Of a stretch of 64,000 bases of DNA, positions 15,001-27,959 are shown one piece after another; within the stretch, counting starts at the first letter, position 1, and each line of letters opens with the position of its first letter. The position numbers and the translations under genes were made by a program. Source of the DNA: Nitrospirales bacterium (GTDB lineage Bacteria > Nitrospirota > Nitrospiria > Nitrospirales > UBA8639); contig CBDBCZ010000006.1 in NCBI GenBank assembly GCA_965203295.1, forward strand, positions 1-64,000, in the 5' to 3' direction. The notes under the pieces are model-generated. The model was given only the letters and a program-made list of their open reading frames with translations, ran no database searches and was not told the origin of the DNA.

Positions 15001-18000
15001 TTCCCAACTGTTTAGAAAAAGAGCTGGTTATTCAAAGGCTTTTTTTGTTTGAATGATATTAGTCAGATAAAATACATGCTTAGGAAGTATCAATGTTCAA
15101 GAAAGGAACTGGTTATTCAAAGGCTTGTTTAGTTTGGTTGATGTTGGTCTGAAGATTAGGAAAGAAGGATTTTATAGAAAATTGTTAGTTTTGTTGGTCT
15201 CAGGCAAAGACTTTCAGCCAAAGTAACTGGCTACCATTGATCTGACCCTTCCCAACTGTTTTGGAAAAGAACTGGTTATTCAAAGGCTTATTTAGTTTGA
15301 ATGATGCTAGTCATATACAATACACGCTTAGGAAATATCGATGTTCAAGAAAGGAACTTGTTATTCAAAGGCTTGTTTAGTTTGGTTGATGTTAGTCTGA
15401 AGATTAGGAAAGAAGGATTTTATTGAAAATTGTTAGTTTTGTTCATCTCAGGCAAAGACTTTCAGCCAAAGTAAATGGCTACCATTGATCTGACCCTTCC
15501 CAACTGTTTTGGAAAAGAACTGGTTATTCAAAGGCTTGTTTAGTTTGAATGATGTTAGTCAGATACAATACATGCTTAGGAAGTATCGATGTTCAAGAAA
15601 GGAACTGGTTATTCAAAGGCTTGTTTAGTTTGCTTGATGTTAGTCTGCAGATTAGGAAAGAAGTATTTTATAGAAAATCGTTAGTTTTGTTGGTCTCTAG
15701 CAAAGACTTTCAGCCAAAGTAACTAGCTACCATTGATCTGACCCTTCCCAACTGTTTAGGAAAAGAACTGGTTATTCAAAGGCTTGTTTAGTTTAAATGA
15801 TGTTGGTCGGATACAATACATGCCTAGGAAGTATCGATGTTCAAGAAAGGAACTTGTTATTCAAAGGCTTGTTTAGTTTGGTTGATGTTAGTCTGAAGAT
15901 TAGGAAAGAAGGATTTATTTAAAATTGTTAGTTTTGTTGGTCTCTAGCAAAGACTTTAAGCCAAAGTAACAAGCTACCATTGATCTGACCCTTCCCAACT
16001 CTTTAGGAAAAGAACTGGTTATGCAAAGGCTTGTTTAGTTTGAATGATGTTAGTCAGATACAATACATGCTTAGGAAGTATCGATGTTCAAGAAAGGAAC
16101 TGGTTATTCAAAGGCCGGTTTAGTTTGGTTGATGTTAGTCTGAAGATTAGGAAAGAAGAATTTTACTCAAAAATTGTTATTTTTTTTGTCTCTGGCAAAG
16201 ACTTTAAGCCAAAGTAACTAGCTACCATTGATCTGACCCTTCCCAACTGTTTAGGAAACGAACTGGTTATTCAAAGGCTAGTTTAGTTTGAATGATGTTA
16301 GTCAAATACAATACATCCTTAGGAAGTATCGATGTTCAAGAAAGGAACTGGTTATTCAAAGGCTTGTTTAGTTTGGTTGATGTTAGTCTGCAGATTAGGA
16401 AAGAAGGATTTTATTGAAAATTGTTAGTTTTGTTGGTCTCTAACAAAGACTTTAAGCCAAAGTAACTAGCTACCATTGATTAGGAAAGAAGGATTTTATT
16501 GAAAATTGTTAGTTTTGTTGGTCTCTAGCAAAGACTTTAAGCCAAAGTAACTAGCTACCATTGATCTGACCCTTCCAAACTGTTTAGGAAAAGAACTTGT
16601 TATACAAAGGCTTGTTTAGTTTGAATGATGTTAGTCTGAAGATTAGGAAAGAAGGATTTTATTGAAAATTGTTAGTTTTGTTGGTCTCTAGCAAAGACTT
16701 TAAGCCAAAGTAACTAGCTACCATTGATCTGACCCTTCCTAACTGTTTAGGAAAAGAACTGGTTATTCAAAGGCTTGTTTAGTTTAAATGATGTTAGTCT
16801 GAAGATTAGGAAAGAAGGATTTTATTGAAAATTGTTAGTTTTGTTGGTCTCTAGCAAAGACTTTAAGCCATAGTAACTAGCTACCATTTATCTGACTCTT
16901 CCGAACTGTTTAGAAAAAGAACTGGTTATTCAAAGGCCTGTTTAGTTTTGTTGACGTTAGCCTGAAGATTATGAAAGAAGGATTTTTTGAAAATTGTTAG
17001 CTTTGTTGGTCTCTAGCAAAGACTCTAAGCCAAAGTCACTAGCTACCATTGATCAGACCCTTCCCAACTGTTTAGAAAAAGAGCTGGCTATTTAAAGGCT
17101 TTTTTTTGTTTGAATGATATTAGTCAGATAAAATACATGCTTAGGAAGTATCAATGTTCAAGAAAGGAACTGGTTATTCAAAGGCTTGTTTAGTTTGGTT
17201 GATGTTAGTCTGAAGATTAGGAAAGAAGGATTTTATAGAAAATTGTTAGTTTTGTTGGTCTCAGGCAAAGACTTTCAGCCAAAGTAACTGGCTACCATTG
17301 ATCTGACCCTTCCCAACTGTTTTGGAAAAGAACTGGTTATTCAAATGCTTATTTAGTTTGAATGATGTTAGTCATATACAATACACGCTTAGGAAATATT
17401 GATGTTCAAGAAAAGAACTTGTTATTCAAAGGCTTGTTTAGTTTGGTTGATGTTAGTCTGAAGATTAGGAAAGAAGGATTTTATTGAAAATTGTTAGTTT
17501 TGTTCATCTCAGGCAAAGACTTTCAGCCAAAGTAAATGGCTACCATTGATCTGACCCTTCCCAACTGTTTTGGAAAAGAACTGGTTATTCAAAGGCTTGT
17601 TTAGTTTGAATGATGTTAGTCAGATACAATACATGCTTAGGAAGTATCGATGTTCAAGAAAGGAACTGGTTATTCAAAGGCTTGTTTAGTTTGCTTGATG
17701 TTAGTCTGCAGATTAGGAAAGAAGTATTTTATAGAAAATCGTTAGTTTTGTTGGTCTCTAGCAAAGACTTTCAGCCAAAGTAACTAGCTACCATTGATCT
17801 GACCCTTCCCAACTGTTTAGGAAAAGAACTGGTTATTCAAAGGCTTGTTTAGTTTAAATGATGTTGGTCGGATACAATACATGCCTAGGAAGTATCGATG
17901 TTCAAGAAAGGAACTTGTTATTCAAAGGCTTGTTTAGTTTGGTTGATGTTAGTCTGAAGATTAGGAAAGAAGGATTTATTTAAAATTGTTAGTTTTGTTG

Positions 18001-19803
18001 GTCTCTAGCAAAGACTTTAAGCCAAAGTAACAAGCTACCATTGATCTTACCCTTCCCAACTCTTTAGGAAAAGAACTGGTTATGCAAAGGCTTGTTTAGT
18101 TTGAATGATGTTAGTCAGATACAATACATGCTTAGGAAGTATCGATGTTCAAGAAAGGAACTGGTTATTCAAAGGCCGGTTTAGTTTGGTTGATGTTAGT
18201 CTGAAGATTAGGAAAGAAGAATTTTACTCAAAAATTGTTATTTTTTTTGTCTCTGGCAAAGACTTTAAGCCAAAGTAACTAGCTACCATTGATCTGACCC
18301 TTCCCAACTGTTTAGGAAACGAACTGGTTATTCAAAGGCTAGTTTAGTTTGAATGATGTTAGTCAAATACAATACATCCTTAGGAAGTATCGATGTTCAA
18401 GAAAGGAACTGGTTATTCAAAGGCTTGTTTAGTTTGGTTGATGTTAGTCTGCAGATTAGGAAAGAAGGATTTTATTGAATATTGTTAGTTTTGTTGGTCT
18501 CTAACAAAGACTTTAAGCCAAAGTTACTAGCTACCATTGATTAGGAAAGAAGGATTTTATTGAAAATTGTTAGTTTTGTTGGTCTCTAGCAAAGACTTTA
18601 AGCCAAAGTCACTAGCTACCATTGATCTGACCCTTTCCAACTGTTTAGAAAAAGAGCTGGTTATTCAAAGGCTAGTTTAGTTTGAATGATGTTAGTTAAA
18701 TACAATAATCCTTAGGAAGTATCGATGTTCAAGAAAGGAACTGGTTATTCAAAGGCTTGTTTAGTTTTCTTGATGTTTGTCTGCTGATTAGGAAAGAAGG
18801 ATTTTATAGAAAATCGTTAGTTTTGATAGTCTCTAGCAAAGACTTTGAGCCAAAGTAACTAGCTACCATTGATCTGACCCTTCCCAACTGTTTAGGAAAA
18901 GAACTGGTTATTCAAAGGCTTGTTTAGTTTAAATGATGTTAGTCGGATACAATACATGCTTAGGAAGTATCGATGTTCAAGAAAGGAACTGGTTATTCAA
19001 AGGCTTGTTTAGTTTGGTTGATGTTAGTCTGAAGATTAGGAAAGAAGGATTTTATCGAAAATTGTTAGTTTTGTTGGTCTCTGGCAAAGACTTTAAGCCA
19101 AAGCAACTAGCTACCATTGATCTGACCCTTCCCAACTGTTTAGAAAAAGAACTGGTTATTCAAAGGCTTGTTTAGTTAAAATGATGTTAGTCAGATACAA
19201 TACATGCTTAGGAAGTATCTATGTTCAAGAAAAGAACTTGTCATTCAAAGGCTTGTTTAGTTTTGTTGATGTTAGTCTGCAGATTAGGAAAGAAGGATTT
19301 TATTGAAAATTGTTAGTTTTGTTGGTCTCAGGCAAAGACTTTCAGCCAAAGTAACTAGCTACCATTGATCTGACCCTTCCTAACTGTTTAGGAAAAGAAC
19401 TGGTTTAAGATTCAATAGCTTGTTTAGTTTGAATGATATTAGTCACATACAATACATACTAAGTAAGTAAGTGTTTTCACTATAAATTGGTACAATTTTA
19501 GCTTTATTGGTCTCAGGAAACTTTCAGTCAAAACAACTAGCTACCATTGATCTGACCCTTACTAACTGTCTAGGTAGAGAACTGGTTTAAGATTCAATAG
19601 CTTGTTTAGTTTGAATGATGTTAGTCAGATAAAATACATTCTTAGGAAATAAGGGTTTTCACTGAAAATTATCTGTTTTATTGGTCTCAGGCAAAGACTT
19701 TCAGCCAAACTAAGTAGCTACCATTAATCTGACCCTTCCCAACTGTTTAGGAAAAGAACTGGTTGTTCAAAGGCTTGTTCAGTTTGAATGATGTTAGTCA
19801 AAT
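1..19803 (+). repeat. Tandem satellite array of 163-bp and 85-bp monomers sharing a ~44-bp head (GAACTGGTTATTCAAAGGCTTGTTTAGTTTG..TGATGTTAGTC)
   Basis: The head recurs throughout. Spacings: 1457->1619 (162 bp, this unit carries a 1-bp deletion) and 1781->1866 (85 bp). The array runs off the window start and degenerates at ~19400-19803. Confidence 0.98.
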
Positions 19804-20754
19804 ATCTAGTGCTTGTTCGTTCACTTGACTTCAACAAAAACTTACTTCAAAACGTGCTATATCTCTTCAAATCTTATTTCAACTCTCTAACAAAACCACA
19901 CCAATATCCCTGAAACCATACACAAACTAAGGACATATCAATGTTTAACACAGCTACCTATAAACTATACTACTAAGTCCGCAAAGTTCTGTCACTCAGA
20001 TACTCAGGGTGGGGAATTTTGCATCACACATATGTATGGCATAGTGCTGCCAGAAAAAATTGCTCCACCAAACCCTCTAATGTTGGGAGACCAGGAAACT
20101 ATTGAAATCCTACACATACGTAAGTAGACATCATTCTTGTTAGGCTTAACCACATAATTGGAAGATTGTTAGACAATGAAAAGACTCTCTTTTAGCAAAT
20201 ACATAGCTACATGTAATACATATTCAGATGACTGCCATACGACATCATGCAGCGTCAAACCCAGGATTCGAGGCTAACACAACATCAGGGTGCGCCTGAC
20301 TGAGCTCGCCGCATGCTTATCTACACCACAGGCCTATATGGAAGTTACACCTTCTTATAACTCTCTTGAGGGTGGGGAATTGTTACTCTTGCCTTCCCCA
20401 TACTATTCTTGAAGGGAGTTAAGCCCATGTTTAGTTCAGGAACCCTACTGAGAAACAGCTTTGAAGCCTTTGTAAGTATCATTTCAGATTAGATGCCTAC
20501 TTTACACATATACTTAACAATGTAGGTGTGCACGTACTTGTTAAGTTTGCATATTATACATACATACATGCTCATGTATGTACCCTCGCCCTACCTAAAA
20601 CAAGAATTTAGGTCTGTCTGGGAATGCGACTACTAGAAAAGTAGAAAGAAAATACCAACCAGCTGCAGATATCTAGATTTACTATACAAATCTGTGATTG
20701 CTTGTCATATCAGCACACCAATTGTCAATGGTGTTGAGGATTGTACAAAGCATG

Positions 20755-20788
20755 CACACACACACACACACACACATACCACACACAC
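20755..20788 (+). repeat. (CA)n microsatellite
   Basis: Read directly from the sequence. Confidence 0.9.
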
Positions 20789-21643
20789 TGCGTGTGTAGG
20801 TACAGTGATAGAGGCACTCTGTGAATCAGATGTAAATCTTCCATGCTTTTTTTCTCATGCAGGCCCAAACCCCTAATCCCTCGGTGGGTCACGAACTACC
20901 TCCTGCCCATCTCTTTCCTATGGCAGGTGAACTGTTCCCAGTGTATGTGTACACAGTAACTGTTAGCCTTTGATTCCGACAGCCTAACCTAGTTAAATAT
21001 TTGAGAGCCACTGCCTATTTACCTCCTCCTGTGGACAACCAACTTTCAAACGTATTTGCCTTCTCCTATGGACAGTCAACTTGCAAATGTATGTAGCCGT
21101 AAACGGAAGTGTTTTGTTAGGCTGTCTCAACTAAATTTAGTGAAACTGCTAACTCATGGTGGGCTTCCAAATCTTCTTCACTACCTAGGAAACTAAGCTG
21201 ATGTAGCTAATTGGCCTACAAACTTTCAGTAGCTTCTATTGTACTCGCTATGCAATGATGTACTTAATGTACAAGAAAAGTACAGATACACAAACAGACA
21301 GGCTATTAAGAGTGCATCCTATAGCTATGTAGGTGTGTGCATTCACTTGTGACTTCGGCATTTGACATGGATGCTTGTATGTTCCTAGTGCAAGAACAAT
21401 ATTAATTAATTGAAGATCTGCTACTTTTACGTATGTGGCACTACCCGCAAAACCATTAATATAACAATCTCTTGACCATTGCCAGAGAAGTAAATGGTTA
21501 GTTCAAATAGGTATCTACATGTAAATGATTTGCTTTAGTGTGGAGCTTGCCACAATCTATTTCCCTCCTTTCCCCACCTTCTATGGGCTAGTACTGAGTA
21601 AAGATTTTGATACCGCGTTGATTTGTATAGCCCATAATAAAGG

Positions 21644-22017
21644 CCCAATCTGAAAGGTGTTTTTAAAAGGTGCCAGTGAAAATCGCTGCCAAGAAACAGA
21701 TCTTTCTAAAATGGGCAGCAAACATTGGCATACTCATTCTGTTTGTTAAGACACTGGCCAATTGAGAGCTGTTTCTTTGGCAATGAAAGAGACAATTGAA
21801 ACAGTTTCATTGGCAAACTGTAGTGTAAATCTACTGCCAAAATACTGTACATTGTAGGTCTATCTTTGGCAATAAAAACCTAGTTTGTTTCTTCGGAATA
21901 AAATGACTTTTCATTGGCAGACTCATGGTCAATGGATTCCTTTGGCAAGACGTTGGCCAAAATCTTTCTTGGCAATTGAAGTCCAGCGTTTGGCAAGAAA
22001 TTGCTCCGACAGATGGT
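21644..22017. mobile_element. Probable non-autonomous CACTA/EnSpm-like element with dispersed TTGGCA/TGCCAA subterminal motifs
   Basis: More than 10 TTGGCA/TGCCA motifs in ~370 bp; weak terminal inverted match CCCAATCTG ... CAGATGG. Confidence 0.4.
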
Positions 22018-23714
22018 AAAGCTATATCCTTGTTTCCATCGGCGGACCTCAACCTTGCCGTAAGGACTTCAAAGACCTAGAAGCTAGCTGTAACCTTTCA
22101 TATGAATTACAACGGACTTATAGAAAACTGAAGTGGTTGCAGAAAAATTCATTATACATATACTCTGGGTGGGTGGGGAGGGAGATGAGCAGAGCAATGT
22201 AGTAATGACGGTCTTTCAGTCCGTTCATCTCGTATTGGTCTTCTTTGTTTCATGTGAGTGAGTAGCTTAATTATTTTCTTGGAATGCTGCTCAGATACGT
22301 AAGTGTGTAGCTAATAATCACTATTCTCAAACTTGTTATCATTCACCAAGTTGCCGCATAAGCTAGACTATATGAAAGTGTGGGAGTCTGCCAACACTGT
22401 AAAAGGGCTCAAGTAGAGATCGATTGTTTTTTTCTTATACAACATATGGAGGTACATACATATTTGGCTGGTGGGTTGTTGGCACATTAAGAAATTGGAC
22501 GATGTTATGATTATCCCTATATTTAATGCCTGTGGAATGGAGTCTTATCAAACCACTTCCAGAACAAAATAATTATGAACCTCAGTGTTGAAACAGTGGA
22601 ACTGCCCTACGTAGCTTTGTACGAACAAAAGCTTTGTTGCTATGTTATATATGTACGGACCACAGTGTCCTTGAAATAATATTCCTTTGACTCAACACCA
22701 ATAGCCTCGAATGAATCTATATGACCACAGGCCTCTGCTGTCAAGTAGGATTTGCAGGGTTGTACTCTCTTGTCTTGATCTCACATCCTGCTGAGCTTAG
22801 GGTTTGTGTCTTCTTTGCCTTGATTCAAGCAGCCTCCTACTACAGTTACCATGGTTTAGAAGTCTCCAGGTCTGAGCTGAGTAAAGTGGCACATATTTCC
22901 TCAATACCTGATGGAATCCACTTCAGCAGGGTTGTGATACCAGCATAACACAACATCAGTACGTGCTTTCGGACAAACAGAGCGAACAGCAAAGGTGACC
23001 ATATCCCTTTTTGGGGCACTCCAAATAGATCAAACAACACTCACATGATCTCCTGCTCTGCCACCCACACCCTCCCAGCATACCATAGATCTCTCCCACA
23101 ACCACTTAACTGCCGATTAGCTTAAACCATTGCTATAGCAATGGTATGCTGTCTACAGTACTAGTCACTGACAAGCTTCTGACTGACATGCAGCAAGCCA
23201 GAGCTCTAAAAATCATAGCCATAGTGTGTGGTGTCATGCCTACTGTAAAACGAAGTGGAATACAGACACCTCCACGACGTACTCTCGTGGTCAACAATTA
23301 TTGGACATATGGTAGCAAATCTTTTGTTCAATTTTCACTGGCCATCAGCTACAAACTATGTTCATAAACTACTCATGAATAATTCCACAGTGATAAGATG
23401 TATCAAGAATGTAAGCTACTTCCACTGCTAATGATAAGAATGTAAGCTACGTACTTCCACTGCTTTAAATCATAACAAGATGTACAGCTGTGGTAATTTT
23501 TATTCCTCCAGTCAAACCGGCCAAACAAGTTATCCACCACACTGTCTCAGGATCACTCCTGGCCCAGTCCTACCTCTCAACCATCCTACTGTTTGCTGGG
23601 CTCTACACCCTTGAATACCGATTCAATGTAAGTTGAGCCTGTGGCTGAATCTCGAGTTTGTATATGTACTAGAGAAAGGAAAGCACTCTTGTATCGTACG
23701 TATGTAGTAGAAGA

Positions 23715-23927
23715 TATATAAGGTAATCACTAAGAATATGTATGACATCACACAGAGTGCTGTTTTACTGGATCCGAGGGAGAAATATCTGATGCACTCA
23801 ACATAGGTCAGGGGGTGGCACAGGGTTGTAGAATGTTGCCTATCCTCTTTCCCATGTTTATCAATCAGCTGTTAGATGAAGTCGAGAAGGCTGGGATTGG
23901 CATTACCATTAAGAAGGATGTTAAGGA
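23715..23927 (+). mobile_element. Non-LTR (LINE) reverse transcriptase fragment
   Basis: Reads, with frameshifts, NMYDITQSAVLL..IGQGVAQGCRMLPILFPMFINQLLDEVEK.GIGITIKKDVK (RT 'QG' motif). Homologous to the reverse complement of 41930-42125. Confidence 0.8.
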
Positions 23928-24384
23928 GTATGATCCACAGTATCACAAAATGGTTACTTGGAAGTATTCCATATAATACAACAAAAGTAATCCATGTCAT
24001 CAGACATAATACTGAAAACCACCGACAGTCACAAGTATTACTTGTCAGATTCTTGTAGCAACCCTGAAACGAATCCATTATTATAATTATGCAGTGTTTG
24101 ATTTCGAATTCGCTTCATCACATTATTACTTCTCCAAGATCACTACCACACTCACAAGCACTGCTCCTATTATCAAACTGCCTTGTGAAGAACCAAGTAT
24201 TAGAACAGTTTGAAGTATCATTACCACTAGTATTCATAGAGTGGTGATATACTTGCTTGTTCTGCCATTGAGTGGTAGTACTTCCTTCAACTATCACCAA
24301 CACACTGAGAAGAGCAATCACTAGAGCCATGCATGGTACCACAACACAAAGATCGACAACTGATTTTCCTTTCATTAAGCTCAT
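23928..24384 (-). pseudogene. Internally deleted paralog of the sponge-type multi-pass membrane protein family
   Basis: Signal peptide and Cys-rich start (MALVIALLSVL...CSNTWFF...CECGSDLG) joined almost directly to the C-terminal MDSFQGCYKN..DCRWFS motif, which is also at ~26280-26330. Truncated by the LINE fragment. Confidence 0.7.
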
Positions 24385-25714
24385 TTGACGGAAAACAGCC
24401 TTGGTTTCCCTAACATATATAGTTGCTTGGTAAAGCTTCTTTAAAGCAATTTAATGAATTGTGTGATGAAGTACACTAAATGTGTTGTTGTTTACACTAC
24501 ACTAACAATCGTAATTTTAGGATAGGTGTGTGCACGGTTCTGGAAACCCTGCCTGTATTGGATTCAGGTGTGAGTCATGCTTAATTCGAATGTGTACCAT
24601 TCACCTTCGTCTCTATTTGCAGTATGGAATTTTGGTGACTCCCCTACTCTTCCATACTGACCATTTGCCATGGTTTAATTCCTTAATGCATAGTGGCTTG
24701 AAACACACTTCTGTATATAACTGCATCAACTTACGAAAGCAAGGTAAATCATAAGTGCTTACCCAAAATATCCTCATTCATACATAGACATAGATATCAT
24801 TATCACCACAACACTGCACCTCCAAGTACACTACCACATTCATAAGAGCTATGATAACTACGGTGTTTAAATAAAAAAAATAGCTAGTTAGTAATCCAGC
24901 AAACTTCTAACTATATACTGCTAATTTCCAATTTTAGCGAAAGTGTAGTCAAGACTGGTGATTCTTAACTGAATTATTAATTGCTGTTTCAATAACAACT
25001 ACACAGGATGAGTGAAAAATGCAGAGAAAACAACAATAGCTGCTACATGCAGCAGCAATCATCTCATTTTATTGCCTTATTATTTCCCTGATCCAAATAT
25101 GGCGTGCTTCATTACTGTTTCATAGTTTGGGTATTGCTGTGAAAACTCCAATTGCTGCCAACTAGCTAGACTAACTTGTACAACTGGGGGAGGGGGCGCT
25201 CCAGCCTAGCATCAAGGCCAAGAAAAGTAATGTTGATTCAAAGATCCTCATTACTGCCCACTCTTGTATTTTAAAGCTCATGGTCCACTGTTTGTGTATG
25301 TGAGTACTACATACATGAAAACTACAGCAATATAATAGGATAACAGGCAAATTGTATAAATACAACACAGATTTTTTTACAACGGCAAAGATTTGCGTGA
25401 GGATACTCGGCTATGCGGCGAAATAATATCTCAATTTGACTTATTTTAAGTCTGGAAAATATAAAAGAGACCAAAACAATGACCCCCTCAAATGGGGATT
25501 TTACGCAGTACATTACACACTTGAATTTGGGAATATCAATTGGTATATAATTGTACAATTCAAACACAACTTGACAACCCTTTAATACAGCAAAAACAAT
25601 TTTATCATAAATGTCTGGCTCAATGCTCATTTTAAGTAAATACGTCATTAATTAATGGTAAATGTACGTACAATTCAACAATTAACCTAGTACCACACAA
25701 ATACAATATCAGCA

Positions 25715-27100
25715 TCAAAATTTGATAGTATCTGACTCAATGCTATGCATACCACCATCAGACTCCTCACTTTCATTGAACGGTTCAGAGAGGAGGGCTG
25801 TATACTGCTCTGCATTGACGATCCTGTCTGCCAGTGATTCCTCTGAGCCTGAGTGAGCCACTGCACTACAACCTCCACACGGCATTAAAGCACAGCTCCT
25901 TTGACAGATTTTTTTAGTGCATCTTCGATGACTGAAGCATTTATACAACATTAGGGTGATAAAAAACAAGAGTGGAATTACAGAAAATATTGCGGTTATG
26001 TAATCTGTTAGTTTCCTAATGTTGTGTTGTACAAGAAAAGAATCTGTACTGTATGCTATAACATCAGCAGTGCTTGAAACACCAAATAGGCATACTATAA
26101 AAAGCAGACATATCATGATAATATTATGAGCAGGGAACTTATAAGGATGGAGTACAGCAAGTAGAAATAGTAAAACAAGCAATAAGAAAATGGCGCATGG
26201 TATCATGAACCTATTACTTGGAAACATGCCATATACTACACTCAAAGCAATTCGTATTAAATGCTGAAATCAACCGACAGTCACAAGTATTATTTGTCCG
26301 GTTCTTGTAGCAACCCTGAAATGAATCCATAAATATATGAAGTATTTCCCCTCGAATTCTGCAATAATTTGGACACCTCTGAAAGCACCGACACGGATAC
26401 AGGCACAACATCACCAAAGGAAGGATATTAAACACAAGAAGCACTGCAAGTGCCAGTATGCCAAATGGGAGGTGTTCTGGGCCAAAGTATGGACCACTGA
26501 TCCATCAAAGAGGAGGTAATACTTTTCGTTTCTCTCTTCATGAATATTGAAGATACTCACAGGAACCAAAACATCAAATGACACACTAAGAAACTTGAAA
26601 TATGAAAGCAAAAGAAAAGTACAGAAGGCATCTATCAAAGAGCTTTTAATATTCCACTCTCTTCTAAAACTAACAAAACAACGATGAAAAGGTTTCCAGA
26701 GCCATACAATTAATCTAAAATTGTGATGGTGAAGCTCAACCAAAATATAAGAAGTAACCATTAGAACAAGAGGGTAGACAGCTATGGCATAGTCTAGAAT
26801 TAAGACATGGAGTGTGGTCGTCTTAGGGTGCATACAAAATGGTGGATACAGCAGGCGGAAGAAGTCTAAATTCCAAATGCCATATATTGATACTAAACTG
26901 AACACAGCTAAGGTAGCAGCCTGTTGTTTCCAACGGTGAAAATAAAGTGGGTGCATTGCAGCAGGAAAAGTTATCAACTGGCTGAATAAAATAAAAACAT
27001 CCAATAGTCCTGCAGTTACACTTACTCGAAAAATGATCACCACAAGAAAGAATACTGTAAGCGGTCAAAATGCAGCTGCCACATGTCGTACATTTTTGAG
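25715..27100 (-). pseudogene. Frameshifted intronless multi-pass membrane protein of an expanded sponge-type uncharacterised receptor-like family
   Basis: Three overlapping ORFs give PLTVFFLVVIIFRVS, GIWNLDFFR..PPFC, FLLLSYFKFL, YFGPEHLPF, FMDSFQGCYK and HPYK motifs. In-frame TGA near 27066; frameshifts near 26494 and ~26255. Confidence 0.8.
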
Positions 27101-27456
27101 TCTTTCATCTGCTATCAAGGGACTCAACATAGTAACTGGAGAAGGTTTCGGGAACCACCTCCATTTAGAATTTGTGTACATGCATGACGTAAGGGTATAT
27201 AGCCATGACTTACCCCAATTAAAGGGGTGGGATCAGATTACTATGACAAGTGACATCATTTTCATCATATCACTGATGAGTTTCAATGAAGAAAACAAAC
27301 CAGATTTTGTGATCACATAATAGCACAAGTGTAAGTATAATTATCTGCACAGAACAGTAGCAGTACTGCATGCATGATTTTCAGCATATATATGCAATGT
27401 TGCTACAAGTAATATGGAAGGCTAGCTAGCATTGATATCAGTAACCACAACAATAC

Positions 27457-27884
27457 CATTGTGAACTCTTCAAGAGAAGAAAGCTTTCTGAGAGAGTAAA
27501 GAAATCCCGAAAAAATCGGGACCCAGCTGGGGATTGAACCCAGGACCTTCTGAATACTAGTCAGATGCTCTTACCAATTGAGCTACTGGAGCCCCCTTGG
27601 CAGAGGAGCAGTAGGCAAGCTTTATGTAGCCACTAAACCCGCTAGTAGCACTTGCCAGTAGGACCCAGCCAATTCCAAATGTAATTACTCTCTCATTATG
27701 GGCCTCTCCCCCATCTAAACACGAGAAACATGCTACACCCAAACTTAGCCTGAATCAGTCTGCCGGGGTAATTAAACCACCAAAGACACAGAACTGAAAA
27801 CTAAGTACTCACATTGTGAACTCTTCAAGAGAAGAAAGCTTTCTGAGAGAGTAAAGAAATCCCGAAAAAATCGGGACCCAGCTG
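27457..27884 (-). mobile_element. 355-bp tRNA-containing repeat unit with 73-bp terminal direct repeat (SINE-like or tandem retro-unit)
   Basis: 27457-27529 is identical to 27812-27884. The unit contains a tRNA cloverleaf followed by an oligo-T tract. Confidence 0.75.
27519..27592 (-). tRNA. tRNA-Thr(AGT)-like sequence (probably repeat-borne or pseudo-tRNA)
   Basis: Acceptor stem GCTCCAG/CTGGGTC (one mismatch, one G-U); D arm GCTC/GAGC; anticodon arm TCTGA-CTAGTAT-TCAGA; T arm CTGGG-TTCAATC-CCCAG; TTTTTT just downstream. Confidence 0.7.
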
Positions 27885-27959
27885 TATATCTCTTCCACAC
27901 AGTACTACAGGCCAGACTGTATACAAGTCCTGCAGACATAACACCAAGGGTGCTACAGC

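Noticed and set aside
18933..19175. 80-aa ORF in the satellite with an LRR-like look
   Set aside because: Monomer lengths (163, 85, 248) are not multiples of 3, and the other units are full of stops.
1..19803. CRISPR-like repeat-spacer array
   Set aside because: The sequence between heads is one of two conserved tails, not unique spacers; there are no cas genes and the context is eukaryotic.
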